This document shows positions 23,539 through 36,664 of a stretch of DNA of 64,000 nt, one piece after another (position 1 is the stretch's first letter; each line of letters begins with the position of its first letter). The notes beneath the pieces are model-generated. The model did no database searches, was not told where the DNA came from, and saw only the letters and a list, made by a program, of their open reading frames with translations. The stretch covers positions 251,111 to 315,110 of the forward strand of contig JAHRHZ010000115.1 in the NCBI GenBank assembly GCA_024137785.1, written 5' to 3'. The DNA is from Ginglymostoma cirratum (taxonomy: Eukaryota). The position numbers and the translations under genes are program-made.

Positions 23539-26500
23539 ATACTCATCTCCTGTAAGGTATAGTTACAGTCTTGCTTTTGCAATCAATTGGACAAATTGTC
23601 GTACAGTCGAGATATAAGATCAGGAGATTCTGCAATATCCTGAGATGACAAATTGTCAAATTGTTGCCTATTATTCTTGATGTTATTTTTTATGCACTTT
23701 TCAATCCAACTGATCAGCGGACACAACTATGGTAACTCTGGAAACACAATACTTGGTCTCAGAATATTATAAACACAGAAGCACATTGTAGAATGTTTAT
23801 CAATATGCATTGATACTGTCAAACTACCTTCAATTGAAAGATGTAACCCATTTTGAAATATAATGTATTCACCAAAAACAGTGTTGGGCTGATGTTATCA
23901 GTAAAAAACGAAGAAAGCAACTTAGTGTGGAAAGTGGTTCGTTTTCCTTAAGGAAAGTTATCAAAAAAAAGGAGATTTGAAACGAATACGTGCAAAAATA
24001 ACCAATATCGAAACTGGGACGACATTAACAGTATCTATTTCAATCCAAGCAGGAACACGGTATCTTGAAATAATGCAAACAGGGTAGAGATCATAATTAA
24101 CATAAACAGCACCTCCAGTGACATGATCTGATACCAGGCTGAGTTCGGTCATGTCTTGAGTAAAATAAAGAAACTATCTTAGCAGCAGGAACAATAACAG
24201 CATCTATTACATATAAACAGTCAAAAGCATCGGGGTCCAATGTACTATGAGCTGATACACAGTGTATTAGAATATAAACAGAGACATGAACTTGTGTAAT
24301 ATAAAGAAAGACGTGATCTTGCACAATACCATTCCAGGCCCAGTGCAGCAATAATTGAGGAAAGGTCTTGAGTTTTATCAACAGGTACGCAATCAAGTGA
24401 AGCAACAACTGGAAGAGGATTGTTTTGAAGAACGGCACAGGCTTTGTCCATATTAACTTTTCTAATGCATGAAGTCATGTAAACTGACATAGGAATTAAT
24501 ACAGGGATAACCATTAAGGCACATTAATTAGCATAAACGGGGACATACAGGAATGGGGATAGAATGTTGGACAATAATCGCATAAATGGTATAACGTAAT
24601 ATTAAAAGTTGGACAGAAGAGTGCAGCAATATTGTTTAGTTTACTGTGCATATCTATAAGCCTAACAACAGATGTAGAATCTTTTGTAGCAGAACACGAC
24701 GGAGTACTGAATACACAAAAGCAAGGGCTGATTCAGATTTCCATCTCGGAATGTCATACTGTATTATTATGATTCAGCACAGTCTTAAATGAGGTGACAA
24801 AATCTAATATAAAGATAATATTTAATCAATGTCTTATGTACTGAGACTAAGCACAATTCAGTAACAACTGAGAAGTGACTTGCCTTAATATGATCACAGG
24901 TGGTCCCTGAAAACGGATAGGGTCTAGACTAATACGAACAGTGCAGGGCTCACAGCAAAAGAAAATGAGACCATGCCTGCTTTATGAACTGTAACTTTAA
25001 AAATGACTGTTTCACCGCCATCTACAGGACAAGCATTGCTGTTGAAATTGTGAAAACCTCCAAGTCAGTTACTCTTTCTGGCGTCAACGTTGCATGAAGA
25101 GAATCACAGAATGTTTGCAGCACATATGAAGTCATTCGGACTTTCTTGCCTGTTTGATCCTTTGAAGGGTTTAATTGTCTTTCGAGAAATGATCTCATTC
25201 CTTCTTGAGAGCTTCAATTCTTAGTCTACGCTACACTCTCAATCAGTGCATTCAAGATCACAGCGATGTATCGTGTTAAAAAGTTTTTCTACTCATGTCA
25301 CGATTGCCTCTTTTATTATTCACTTTACTTCAGTGTCCTCTATTTCCCAAACTTCACAACAAAGGGAACATTATCCCCTTATTTCTCTGAACAAAACCCT
25401 AATTATTTTAAATGTATCAATCATGCATTTCTCCTCCAAAGAAACGTGCTCAACTTCTGCAACATGACGTGTCCTGGAAGCTGTATGTCTGGAAGTACAC
25501 TCATGAATTGTTTATCTGTCTTTATATTGGGCCCAAACTGAATGTAACTTCAAGAGTGAGGCTTAACCGGTGTTCTTTAGAGGTTTCAAATACCTTCTTT
25601 GCTTTTGCAGCAGTTCGAGAAGGCAGCTCACCCCCACCTTCTCAAGTGAAACTAAGGGTGGGCGAGAAAGGCTGGCCAGCCAGCGACGCCCACGTACCAC
25701 AAAAAATGAATTTAAAAAAATCCTTCACCTGCAACTGGGGAAAACACACAACGTTCCCAGCTATTCACAAATTAAAATAGTGCGAAGAAAATGTGCAACT
25801 GTTACGATCAGAAAACCTGTGCAAGACCTATCCATCATCAACACAGATATATCTCCAATGGTAGAAATGCTGGCGTTTGTGGGAAAAGGAGAGGTTGGTT
25901 CTGTTGTGATGAACTATATGGTAATTTCAAATAGTTGGTGCAGGCTAAGGAGCTGAATGATCAATTTCTAAACTTGGTTTCAGGAGTCATTCTAACTATT
26001 CTTGACTGACTGATGCAATGGAGCATATTTCAGTAAAGACAGAGAAAATGAAAGGCGTTTTACTGTTCCCTGGAGTTTCATTGTGTTTGTGAGCAAGAGA
26101 TGTATATGTGAAGTATGTTCAGGATGGCAATGTTGGTATTTCAACAGACACAGCACGCACAACAAGCTCCCAAAAATCGGCAATATGGTAATGATATGGT
26201 CATCTGTTTTTGTGATGAAGCGAAACAACATTAAACAATACATAGGAACAACTGCCTTTCAATTATTTGAAATAGTACCACAGGATGCTATATGTGGAAC
26301 TGGGACGACAGGAGGATCTTCGGTTTCACACCACTGCGAACTGTGAGGAAACTGAGCCACCGTTGGACATCCAGATATTCGTTGGCACTGTATATGTGAA
26401 TCAAGGAGACATAAATAAACTGAATTCCAGGCATTTAATGACTGAACTGTAGCTACGAGCACATTAATATTTTGAACTGACTCTGCGTCCTCAGGAACGT

Positions 26501-27485
26501 CACTCGTGGTCTTGAAGTCGACTCCAGATTAGCACTATTATTCTGGGGAGTACATTATAAATTCCAAAACGATGAAAAAATGCAAAATAGTTCGCATTGA
26601 ACCTGAAAGTAATTCAAAGGGAATATGGAAAAATTGGCTTATCCTCTAAACCTATTTATCAGATCACGGACTGGAGATCGAACATTGATCGTGATGCATC
26701 AATAAAAATTAGATGTGATGGCAATGTTGGCAATCATTAATCAAGACGAAGACACCAGTCAAGTACAAAGAAACAATGGCTTTCGAAATTTGAAGGCTAT
26801 GGAACTCTGAATAAGTTGAAACAAAGTATTGTTTAAGGAAAATCCAAGTTCTTATTGATAAGTAGGAATGGCAAAAATGCGGGGAAGTATCAATTGTTCT
26901 GTGATGTGGTGGACTGTGGAATACCGATGGATTGAGAATTGTCGCTCCTATTTCCCTCTTTCTGCCCAGTGGTGCCGAAAAAGTTAGTACTAATGGCTGC
27001 CTTTTTTATTAACCTATTTTTTTTTCTGAACAACCTGGTCAGAGATGTTATTACACACCTCTGGGGCAGGTAAGAGTTGTACAAGAAGAACGTTCAATTG
27101 GTCTCAATCAATGTTATAGGGGTCACCTAAAATCAGTTTAGAATTACTTATTAATAATACTTGTTCATTTTTCTTTATCTTATTCAAAAAGGGTGTTCTG
27201 TTCTCCAGGAAAATAAACCTAAAATATTCATTAGAACTTATTCCTGAATATTGATGCGTTGTTTGAATACATCTACTACTATACGTCTTCGACATGCTCA
27301 GCAAATCTCACAGCAGAAGATCAACTGGATGAAAAGTGGCAGTTTGACTTCTTTCATGACACAGTAACAAAGACCAACAATAATTTACAGGGCAATTGTA
27401 ATAGGCATTGTTCGGATGATCTGCACAACTTTTGCTTCGACTAAAGTAACTCGGGTGAACGAATGCTGAGTGTTCTGTTCAAAAT

Positions 27486-27818
27486 AATAGAATCCCTAAA
27501 GAATGAAAGAAAGCCATTCCACCCATCGAGTCCATACAGACCCTACGAAGACCATTCCACCCAGACCCAGCCTTCTACACTTCCCATTGGCTAATCAACC
27601 TAACTTACAATCCCTGGACACCATCAACAATTTAGCATGGCAAATCCAAATTAATCCGCACATCCTTGGACTGTGGGAGGAAACCGGAACAGATGGAGGA
27701 AACCCACGCAGACACAGAGAGAATGTGCAAACCCCACACAGACAGTCCTCGAGGCTGGAGTCAAACCCAGGTCCCGAGTGCTGCGAAGCAGCAGCGCTAA
27801 CCACTGAGCCACCGTGCT
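27486..27818 (-). mobile_element. HE1-type tRNA-derived SINE
   Basis: Minus strand gcacggtggctcagtggttagcgctgctg (A box)...gggtttgactcc (B box)...gactgtctgtgtgg. Confidence 0.88.
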
Positions 27819-29361
27819 ATTCCATATAATGGGGACATTTTCCATATATTGAAATAATTCCTTCTGAATCCGGGCACATACCCGCTTTCAATCTTTGAGG
27901 TGAATTATAATCTGCACAGAACGATCATGAGTAGCATAGGGGAATCTTCAGTCTGCTATTGATGAGGTTCAACTCATCAGTTCCCAATACGCTAGGTCTT
28001 GCAATGATAAAGGAGTTGCGTAAGAACAGAATATGACAGACTGGCACAAATTGTATAAAGGACCCGTATCAAGTAATCAATTCATCAAATATAACATATA
28101 GAATTTAGAAAGGTTTTTTTTAGACCCAGCCAACCATGAAGCTATCTGTGTGTCTATTCATTTCTACATTATCCATTCCGCCTGTCTGTATGTCTGCCTA
28201 TCTATCTATTACAATATTATAGTAGGCTGGAGCGATCCTCAGTCAATTGTGAGTCTTCGATTTGTATCTGAGACTCTGTGAAAATGTCCTTTCCTAAGAA
28301 AAGGACCAGTTCACAAAGTTGCATAACTGAAAAATAAAATTGACTCCAGCAATGTTGCTGGGTAGATTTGTTTACACAGAGGCAATGGCCATTGTTTAAA
28401 ATTGGCTTTTTGCCGAGCAGTGAACAGTGAGGATGTATTTATTTGATTTACTGCAGACACCCCAGAGGTTTCCTATAAATTACATTGGGCCATCGAGGAC
28501 ATGTCTGCAGTTGGCTCGATTGCTACCACCTGCTGTGTCTGGCAGATTAGAGAAAATATGAATCAACCAAAATGGAATGTAACCAGACAAATCTTTTTGT
28601 TCCATTTACACAGAAATGACACATTTTACTTGCTGTTTCTTCTTTTACAAAAAGTAACTGAATGCCTCTTTCGCGATGTGACTATCAGAAAACAGGAAAT
28701 CGTGTGGACAACCATAATTTCTGATACTTCCAAAGAAAGGTCATTCTAGTTAGTTAATCCTGTTTATTAAGTATTTTCAAGCACGAGAATATGAAATTAG
28801 TTGATCAAAACTTGCAACTACATTAAGTATCTTCCCAAAGTAAATTTACAAAGAGAAATTGTCTTGAACTCACAGAGCTTCTCGAAACATTTTCTGATTA
28901 ATGCGTCTCATTTGAACTGAGAGGGCTATTTATTCATGGCTAGCAGTGGTGTAATGTCATGTTTAATTTCTGCTGATTTCTATTAGTTAAAAATAAGTGT
29001 CATAGCTAGCGATGAGCAGAGAACAGTCCTGTTTATGGCCTGCATGAGTGTCATATATTACTGTGATAATCTCTAATTTACGGTACACTCTTAACGTACT
29101 GTCTTCCCAATACCAGTGCCTGATCAACAGCTGATACCCACACAGCAATGATTTGGATGCTGAGGAAAATATTTAGTTTTTGGATTCATTAGTTTCCCTT
29201 TCAAAAGTTTCTCTAAATGTTACCTCTGAGTTTCACAATCAACTCACAGTTTAAGTATCAGGCATGAGGTTTCCTTTATTGCCCATTTTCAAAAGACTTA
29301 GTACCAGAACAATTTGAGAAATTCAAGGGGAGACATTCAGTAATGTGAGGAGATTCTTCTT

Positions 29362-30530
29362 ATGTGGAAGGGAAAAAGCTCCATTCACAGTGGAGAGAAA
29401 CTGCGCACGTGTCGTATGCGTGGACATGGCTTCTGCCTCATAAGCCACAAATGCAGTCACAATGGGAGCAATTATGGCAACGTGGAGATTGTGGGGAGCA
29501 GTTCATTTCCTCATCTGAGCCGGAAATTCGTCGATGCAGTCACACCAGTCACAGGCCATTCACCTTCTCGGGATGTGAGGACGGATTCACTCCATCATCT
29601 AACCTGATGCAACACCAGCTCGTTCACAGAGATGGGAAGTTATTTCAATGCCTGGACTGCGGAAGTGGTATCGAAATACCAGTGGAATGTTGTGCCATCA
29701 ATGTGCTCACACTGCGGACAGACAGTTTACATGCCCAGACTGCAAAAAAAAATGTAAAACGCCCATGGATCTACAGTCCCACCAATTTTCTCACATGGAG
29801 GAAAGACCTTTGAAACGTTCAAAATGGGGAAAACGCTACAAAATCTCTGGGGGCCTGATGTCGCACCAATGTGCTCACTCTGAGAAGAGACTGTTCAGGT
29901 GCTTTCTCTGTGCGACTACGTTCAGGCGATCATCTAACCTCATAGAGCACCAGCAGGTTCACACTAGAAAGAGACTGTTCACCTGTTCTGACTGTGGGAG
30001 GGGATTCACTCGTTCAAACTGCTAAGGTCCACACTGTGGAGAGATCTCTTAAAAGCCTAGACTTCGGGAAGTGCTACTCATGCTCCTGTCATCGAAGTGT
30101 TCACACTGAGGAGACACCTTTTAAATGCGCAGACTGTGGGAATCACAAGTTCGTGGGCGCTGTTTTATCATCAACGTGTTCACATTGAGGAGAGACCTTT
30201 CAAATGGCAAGCCTGTGGGAAGTGCTATCGAAGTGTTGTGGAACAAATAAGCCATCAACATGTTCACATGACGACAGAGCTCTCAGGTGCTTTCCCTGTG
30301 GGACTCATTCCAGGAGATCATCTTAACTCTCGGTAAACCAGTAGGCTCACACTGGGGAGGAACTATTCACCCGCTCCGTGTGTAAAAAAGTTAGCTCACT
30401 CATCCAACCGATTGAAACTACAGCGAGATCACGCTAGGGGAGAGATCGTTCACCTGTTCTGTGTGAGGCAAGGGATTCTCTCATTCATGCACCCTGCTGA
30501 GACAGTAGAGAGATCACTCATCTCAACAGT
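29362..30530 (+). pseudogene. Decayed multi-C2H2 zinc-finger exon (no KRAB visible), unit Z1
   Basis: Repeated CxxC-12-HxxxH with HT/SGE(K/R)PF-like linkers across frameshifted ORFs 29362-30336. AATAAA at 30587 and 30598. Confidence 0.85.
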
Positions 30531-30789
30531 GATTGGACTTTGTTGTTAATCACATCCAGGACTGAAAGCAAAGATTTAATATTCTGAATAAAAGTCAAAT
30601 AAATCAGCTTTGTGCTAAACAAACTGCGGCATGTCATTGTAATAGTTCAAATACGATGTAGTTCTTCTTATAGTGCGCTTCCTCTCCCTGGAGTTGTTGC
30701 CACCATAGACGTAGAGAAGCATAAGGCTACTGTCTCATTACTGAGAGAGGTGACTGGTGGTGAGTTTAACCTGAAAGAATTACTGTCCA

Positions 30790-31340
30790 TGAGATCGAAC
30801 TCCTCGTCCCTCCACACTATTCTCTGAACTGCTGACCATCCACCTCCCAGTGCGTCACTGATATTGTTAACAGTTTGCTCTCGTCTGGCTCTGTCCTTCT
30901 CACTAATAAATCCACCATCATCAACCTTCCTGAGAAAAACAGACCCTTTATCCCACCATCTTTGCAAATGACTACCCTATGCACAATCTCCAATTCCACT
31001 CTAATGTCCCTGAACTTGATGTCCCTCGAGGATCTATCCTTAGACCCTCGTATTTCTCATCTACCCCCTGCCTCCGGGTGACATCTGAAACCACCGTTAG
31101 TTTTCACACAAACACTGACAGCACCCAGCTCTGCCACACCACTATCTCTCTCTATTTTTCCGTGGTTACTAAAGTTATCAGAATGCTTATCTCACATCCA
31201 GCACTGGGTAAACAGAAATTTCCTTCAGTTAAAGAATAAGAAAGGATGCAAAGCCATTGCCTTCAGTCACCCACTAAAAATTCCACTCCTTATCTTCTGA
31301 ATCCATCCCTCCTTCTGGGAACTGTCTGAGACTGAACGAC
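30790..31340 (+). mobile_element. Old L2-like LINE fragment downstream of Z1
   Basis: Pyrimidine-rich, with cttgatgtccctcgaggatctatccttagaccc resembling the GVPQGSILGP RT motif. Confidence 0.5.
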
Positions 31341-31352
31341 ACTGTTCCAAAT

Positions 31353-31650
31353 CTTGGTCTCATCTGGAGGTGATGGTGTGGTATTCCTTCTCAGTGAGCT
31401 AGTCATCCAGATAATGCACCGGGGACCTTGTTTCATCAGAACGTGATAGTGCAGTATTACTGTCACTAGACTTGTCATCCAGATAGTGTACTGGGAACGT
31501 GACCTCATTAGGAGATGATGGTGGAGTGTTCCTGTCACCGGTCTGGTCATTCAGATAATATTCCAGGGACTTGGTCTCATCAGGAGTGGATGGTATTGTG
31601 TTACAGTCACTGGGCTGTCATAGTCATCCAGATAATGTCTTGGGGAAAAC
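31353..31650 (+). repeat. Four diverged ~72-bp tandem repeats of a tRNA-like SINE/LINE head
   Basis: Unit ttggtctcatc.ggag.tgatggt...gtcact.g.ct.gtcatccagataatg..ctggggac occurs four times, then the sequence continues as the LINE 5' region to ~31930. Confidence 0.75.
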
Positions 31651-32729
31651 TGACAGATGGTGAAATTTGAACTCAGTAAAAAAAAAAATTAAAAGCCTAC
31701 ATTGTCATAAAGAATAATGCTCTTCAGGGATGGAATTCTGCCATCCTTACCCAAAGAATAGCTCCAGACCCACAACCACATGTGGTTAACTGTTAACTGC
31801 CCTATGAAATGGGGCAGCTATTCAGTTCTATCCACCTCTAAAAAGATATCCCACCAACAGGATAGACACAGCAAAGAGAACAGCATAATGGTATTTGGCT
31901 CGGAAGGTATTGCCCTGGCAGTCTTCAAAACTTCCTTTAGACCCCTTGAAGTATAATCACACCAGGTCAAACATGGTCAGGAGCACCTCTTCCTGATTAC
32001 CATTAAGTGCTGACGTCACCTGCTGCATATTTCATCAACTTGACCCTGACTCCAGTGTCTTTGATCTGACCCAGTCGCAGACTCCGACGACAGATTTTGA
32101 TATGGAATGTTGCAACAATGTAGAGCTTTGAGTGACGTGCTCTCTTATCTGAGACAAAATCAATGTCTCTGGGGCTAGTGTGACAGCCTTCCTGTCTATT
32201 CATTGTTTTGTTTCACCTCTGTACTCCTGATCACCTCTTTGACCTCGGACCTTGGACCTCCTCTGTTTCTAACAACGGGCTTGTCTTACGCATGGTTAGC
32301 GTTTTATTGGTCAGTTTTCCACGGTTGCCTGACGCCTAACCATGTGCTGCTGATTTCCCAGGTTGATCTTCCCACAGGATCCTTCAAAAGTCAGAAATTG
32401 TTTTATTCTGTCGTTCTGTTGTCCATTTCTCTTCCACTTCAGGGGTTATTGACCATCAAATTCTGTACTTTTTAATATTCCCTGTAAGTTATTCTATACA
32501 CCATGAGATATTAACACTTTCTCTCGCCACCGCCACACCTGTTGAATATTTTCAGGCTTTTCGCAATGGAGATTTCCAGAACCCACACTGTTTTATTATT
32601 GTTGTATCACAGGTACTCTTGGAACAAAGTTTGGAAACCCAGACAGAGCAACTAAATGATGGTTTGTATCCAGGTCCGTGTTGGTTGCGGGGGTTGATCT
32701 CTGGCTGCACTGTTGGTCTTTTTTCCTCG

Positions 32730-33272
32730 AGTCATAGAGCTGAACAACATGGAAACAGACCCTTTGGCCCAATTCGTCTATGCCGACCAGATAACCTAAA
32801 TGTATCTAATCCTATTTGCCAGCATTTCACCCACATCCCTCTAAACCCTTCCTCGTCATCTACCCATCAAGATGCCTTTGAAATGTTTTAACTGTACCAG
32901 CCTGCACCACTCCTCTGGTAGCTCATTCCATATACACACCACCATTTGCATTAAAAAAATTGCCCCTTAGGTCCCTTTTAAATCGTTCTCCTCCACCTTA
33001 AACCTATGTCCTCTAGTTTCGGACTCTCTAGCCCCGGGGAAAAGACAGTGCCTACTTAGCCTATCCATGTCCCTCATGATTTTATAAGCCTTTATAAGTT
33101 CACCCTCAGCCTCCAACGCTCCAAGGAAAATAGCTCAAGCCTCTTCAGCCTCTCCCTATAGCTCGAACCCTCCAAACCTGGCAATATCCCTGTAAATCTT
33201 TTCTGAACCCCTTCAAGTTTCACGGCATCCTTCCTACAGCAGGTAGACCAGAGTTGCACGCAGTATTCCAAA
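32730..33272 (-). mobile_element. CR1 (HER1-like) LINE 3' fragment
   Basis: LEYCVQLWS..RKDAVKLEGVQKRFTGILPGLEGSSYRERLKRLELFSLERWRLR in ORF 33092-33340. Confidence 0.9.
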
Positions 33273-34027
33273 CGTTGTTGACCGCCTTCTGTACTATAGT
33301 CGTTCCTTTCGCCTGCCACGCCCGTGCTGCTTTTCTGCACGTGCGAATCCGATTATCCCTATTCCCTGCCTTCTCGTCATACTTCAGTAAGTTATGTTTT
33401 GCTGTAGGAGCTCATGCAATTTTCTCTTGAAAGTCTTTGTTTCATCAATTTGAGCTGGAGTGGCGATGGAGCTAAAGGTGCTGGGGTTAGCTCCAAACAC
33501 TTTGGAATCCAGTCAGGCCATGCAATGCCCAACGTGAAACGATTAAAGGTAAAGAGATTCTAAAGGAGTTCAGGTTGATAAATTGACGCTGTCCATATGA
33601 AATAACAGGATTTTGTTTGAAGGACAAGTACTGCTGAAGATGCTATCAATCAATTTTGCACACACATTATCCTTGGATTTGAATGACACTGATGAGAGAA
33701 ACTCCCTAGTATACAAAATGACATTTGATGTTCTTGAACAACAGTTTGGCTTGAACAGCTTCTCTCTCTCTTTCTCTCTCCCTCTCTTCATCTTTCCTCC
33801 CAGACAGGCCAGACTCTGCTATTGGTCAGATGGGTGGCAGCTCCCTTTCCTGAAAGACATCAGGAACTCTGTTTATTTATACAATCACGAAGCTTTTATG
33901 TCACTTTTACCTCCTGTTGGCTGCAACAATGACTAGATTCGTTCAGCTCTAGTTCAAAATCTGCCTTTGTTTTTTTTTGTTGGTTCTCTCTCATTCCATT
34001 TTCTCCTGTTTTAAATCAATTTTACAG

Positions 34028-34580
34028 GAAATTCGAAGGAGATGATTTGCAAACAGAAAACTAAAACAATACATCACATCGGGGTCTGACACAATTTATC
34101 ATAACTTCCATATGGTTGGATGTTTAATATGGAAAGAAAAAACACTGTTCACAGTGGAGATAAACCTGGGAAATGTGGAGAATATGAGGAGGGGTTCAAA
34201 TCCCCTCTGACCTGGAAACTCATCAGCGCAGGCACACAGAGGAGAGGTTGTTATTCTGCCCCAAGTATGGGAAAGAATTCACTCATTCATCCAACCTGTT
34301 GCGACACCATCGATTTCACTATGGAGATAAGCAATTCTCCTGTCCTGAGTGTGGGAAAGGATTCATTCATTCAGCCCTTCTGCTGTCACACCAGCGCATT
34401 CACAGTGGGAAGAAACCATTCGCCTACTCTGATTGTGGGAAGGCGTTCACTTACTCATCCACCCTGAAGTCACATCACCGAGATCACACGGTGAAAGGCA
34501 ATTCCCCTGCTCTCAATGTAAGAAAGCATTCAAGACTTTATTTACGCAGGTGAAACACCAGCGAGTTCACCAGTAACTGC
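34028..34580 (+). pseudogene. Short decayed C2H2 zinc-finger exon, unit Z2
   Basis: Acceptor ttttacag at 34020-34027. MERKNTVHSGDKPGKC then a frameshift to FSCPECGKGFIHSALLLSHQRIHSGKKPF. AATAAA at 34699. Confidence 0.85.
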
Positions 34581-34742
34581 AACATTCCATTTTGCTGTTT
34601 ATTTCACTGAGGACTGAATTATATCGACTGGGGCCTGTTTCTGCTGATGTTAACTACCTCCAGCCAAGCTGTTGGTATTAATACACTGGGTAAAGTCAAA
34701 TAAATCAATCTGTTGTTAAACCAGAGTCTTTTTTAAGATCTA

Positions 34743-34968
34743 GAGCAAAAACAGAAGTTGCTGGAAAAGATCAGCAGGTGTGGCAGCGCCTGTGAAGAAA
34801 AAAATCAGAGTTAACATTTCGGGTCCCGTGACCCTTCCTCAGAACTCACCGGACCCGAAACGTTATCGCTGATTTTTCTCTTTACAGACGCTGCCAGACC
34901 TGCTGAGCTTTTCCAGCACTTTTGTTTTTGTTCCTGATTTACAGCATCCGCAGTTCTTTTAGCTTTTC
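34743..34968. mobile_element. Penelope-derived palindromic element
   Basis: Same 5' boundary (gagcaaaaacagaagttgctgg) as the 533 copy. TSD tttttaag(a/g)tcta at 34730-34742 and 34969-34981. Confidence 0.82.
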
Positions 34969-35149
34969 TTTTTAAGGTCTAATTTGAAGTATTTTCCTAC
35001 TAAATGCGAGGAGCTGATGGAACTTCTTTGTCACTAAGATTAAGACAATCCAATCAGCTGACCCCTGCCTTCCAGTTGCCCACTGTGCCAAACTGTTTCC
35101 TAGATATTTCCTTGACTGAGTTATGGTGTCGCATCTTTCTCTATTTTCT

Positions 35150-35720
35150 CTCGATAGAACCATCAGAAGTTTACTGCACACAAACAGGCCATTCAGCCCC
35201 ATTGTGTGCGCGCTTGCTGAACGAACTAGCTGCCTACTCTAATATCATTAACCAGCACCCGGTCTGTTGCCTTTTGCAGGTTACAGTTTTCAGGAGCAAC
35301 TCCAGATTCCCATTCAGTGAGTTGCAGGTTTCTGACTCAACCATCAAACTGGGCGGCGAGTTCCAGACACACACCACCCTCTGGATATGAATATTTCTCT
35401 TCATGTCCCCTCTAAACCCTCCAACAATCGACTTAAATCTGTAGCCCCTGGAATTGATCTCTCCACAAGAGTAAACAGGTCTTCCCTGTCTGTTCAATCA
35501 AAGTGACTTAATATTTTGCACAACTCAATTAATTTTACCCCGCAGCTCCCTCTATTCTAGAGTTCAACCCCAGACAATCAAACCTTTTGCTGCAATTTGC
35601 AAACCCTAGCGACAAAAAACCTGTCAAACTCCTCTGTACTCTAGCTAGCAATTATGTCCTTTCGTAAATGTGATGGCCAGTACTGTACACAAACTCCAGC
35701 AGTGAATTACATAGTTCCAG
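35150..35720 (-). mobile_element. Decayed CR1 3' fragment
   Basis: GFRGDMKRNIHIQRVVCVWNSPP in ORF 35234-35497. Confidence 0.7.
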
Positions 35721-35758
35721 CAGGACACCCTGGTTATTTCAGACAGGCTATGACAATG

Positions 35759-35885
35759 GGGGAGAATAGTGATGGGACAGGGAACATCTGTAAATAGGGA
35801 AGATGGCGATGGGATGGGGAACATCTGTATATGGGAAAATGGTGATGAGTCAGGGGATGTCTGTAAATTGGAGAAATTGTGATTC
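35759..35885. repeat. ~37-bp minisatellite, about 3.5 copies
   Basis: ggagaatagtgatgggacagggaacatctgtaaatag / ggaagatggcgatgggatggggaacatctgtatatg / ggaaaatggtgatgagtcaggggatgtctgtaaatt. Confidence 0.75.
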
Positions 35886-36664
35886 CCAGCCCCTTGCCCT
35901 CTCTGAAAGCACATTGAGCTGTTGTTACTTGTCTCTTCATCTGGTCGAGTGATAGCTTCGGGAAAACCACAAACACAAACTCCACGTTACTCAGAGGGTA
36001 GCCCGCTCTACCCCACTCCAAATAGAAACATCCCTGGACACGACGAAAATGCAGGCATTAGTTATTATCAGTGTCGGATTCATCATTTAATTAAACATGG
36101 AGACCTGCAACATACAATTCCTCAAATTGTAAAAAGAATCTAATTTCACTGCGAGGACTTCAAATAGGAATATATTTGCAGCAATTTGGTGATTTATTTT
36201 TTATTTGGAACTAAACCGCTTGCCATGAGTATGTTTTAACCTGTGATTGATGCTTTTCATTCCTTCTCCAAATCCATTCATTATTTGTGTTTTTGATCTC
36301 TCTCCCTACTCCCCAGCATCAGGCTTTCAAATACTGGCCTCCCATCCCTCCCACAGGATCGGCCACCAGCCCGACACTTCTCCCAGTGTCTCCTGTGCTC
36401 TGGCCTCACTCCAGTCCCAGCATCAATGAGACCCTCTCTCTGTCACATTCACCCCGTCTCAGCTCTTACAGCAGCAATCTCCCTGCCCCCCAAACCCCGC
36501 CACCTCCATCCCCGAAACATACCGTCTCTCACCCTGAACTTTCCCTACAATCCCCTCTGTGACCTCAGTCTGACCCCCAAACTCACGCAGTCTGGCACTT
36601 TCTGTCCATAATCTTTCCTTCAATGTCATTGGGTCAAAATCCTGTAATTCCTCTCCAACTTCAA

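Noticed and set aside
24258-24296. CACAGTG followed by A-rich sequence
   Set aside because: The nonamer match is poor at both spacings and no V or D coding sequence is adjacent.
28497-28506. p53 half-site GGACATGTCT near a TATAAA
   Set aside because: A single half-site with no downstream exon identified, as expected by chance.
31353-31650. CRISPR-like array
   Set aside because: These are contiguous diverged tandem units without unique spacers, derived from a retroposon head in a vertebrate genome.
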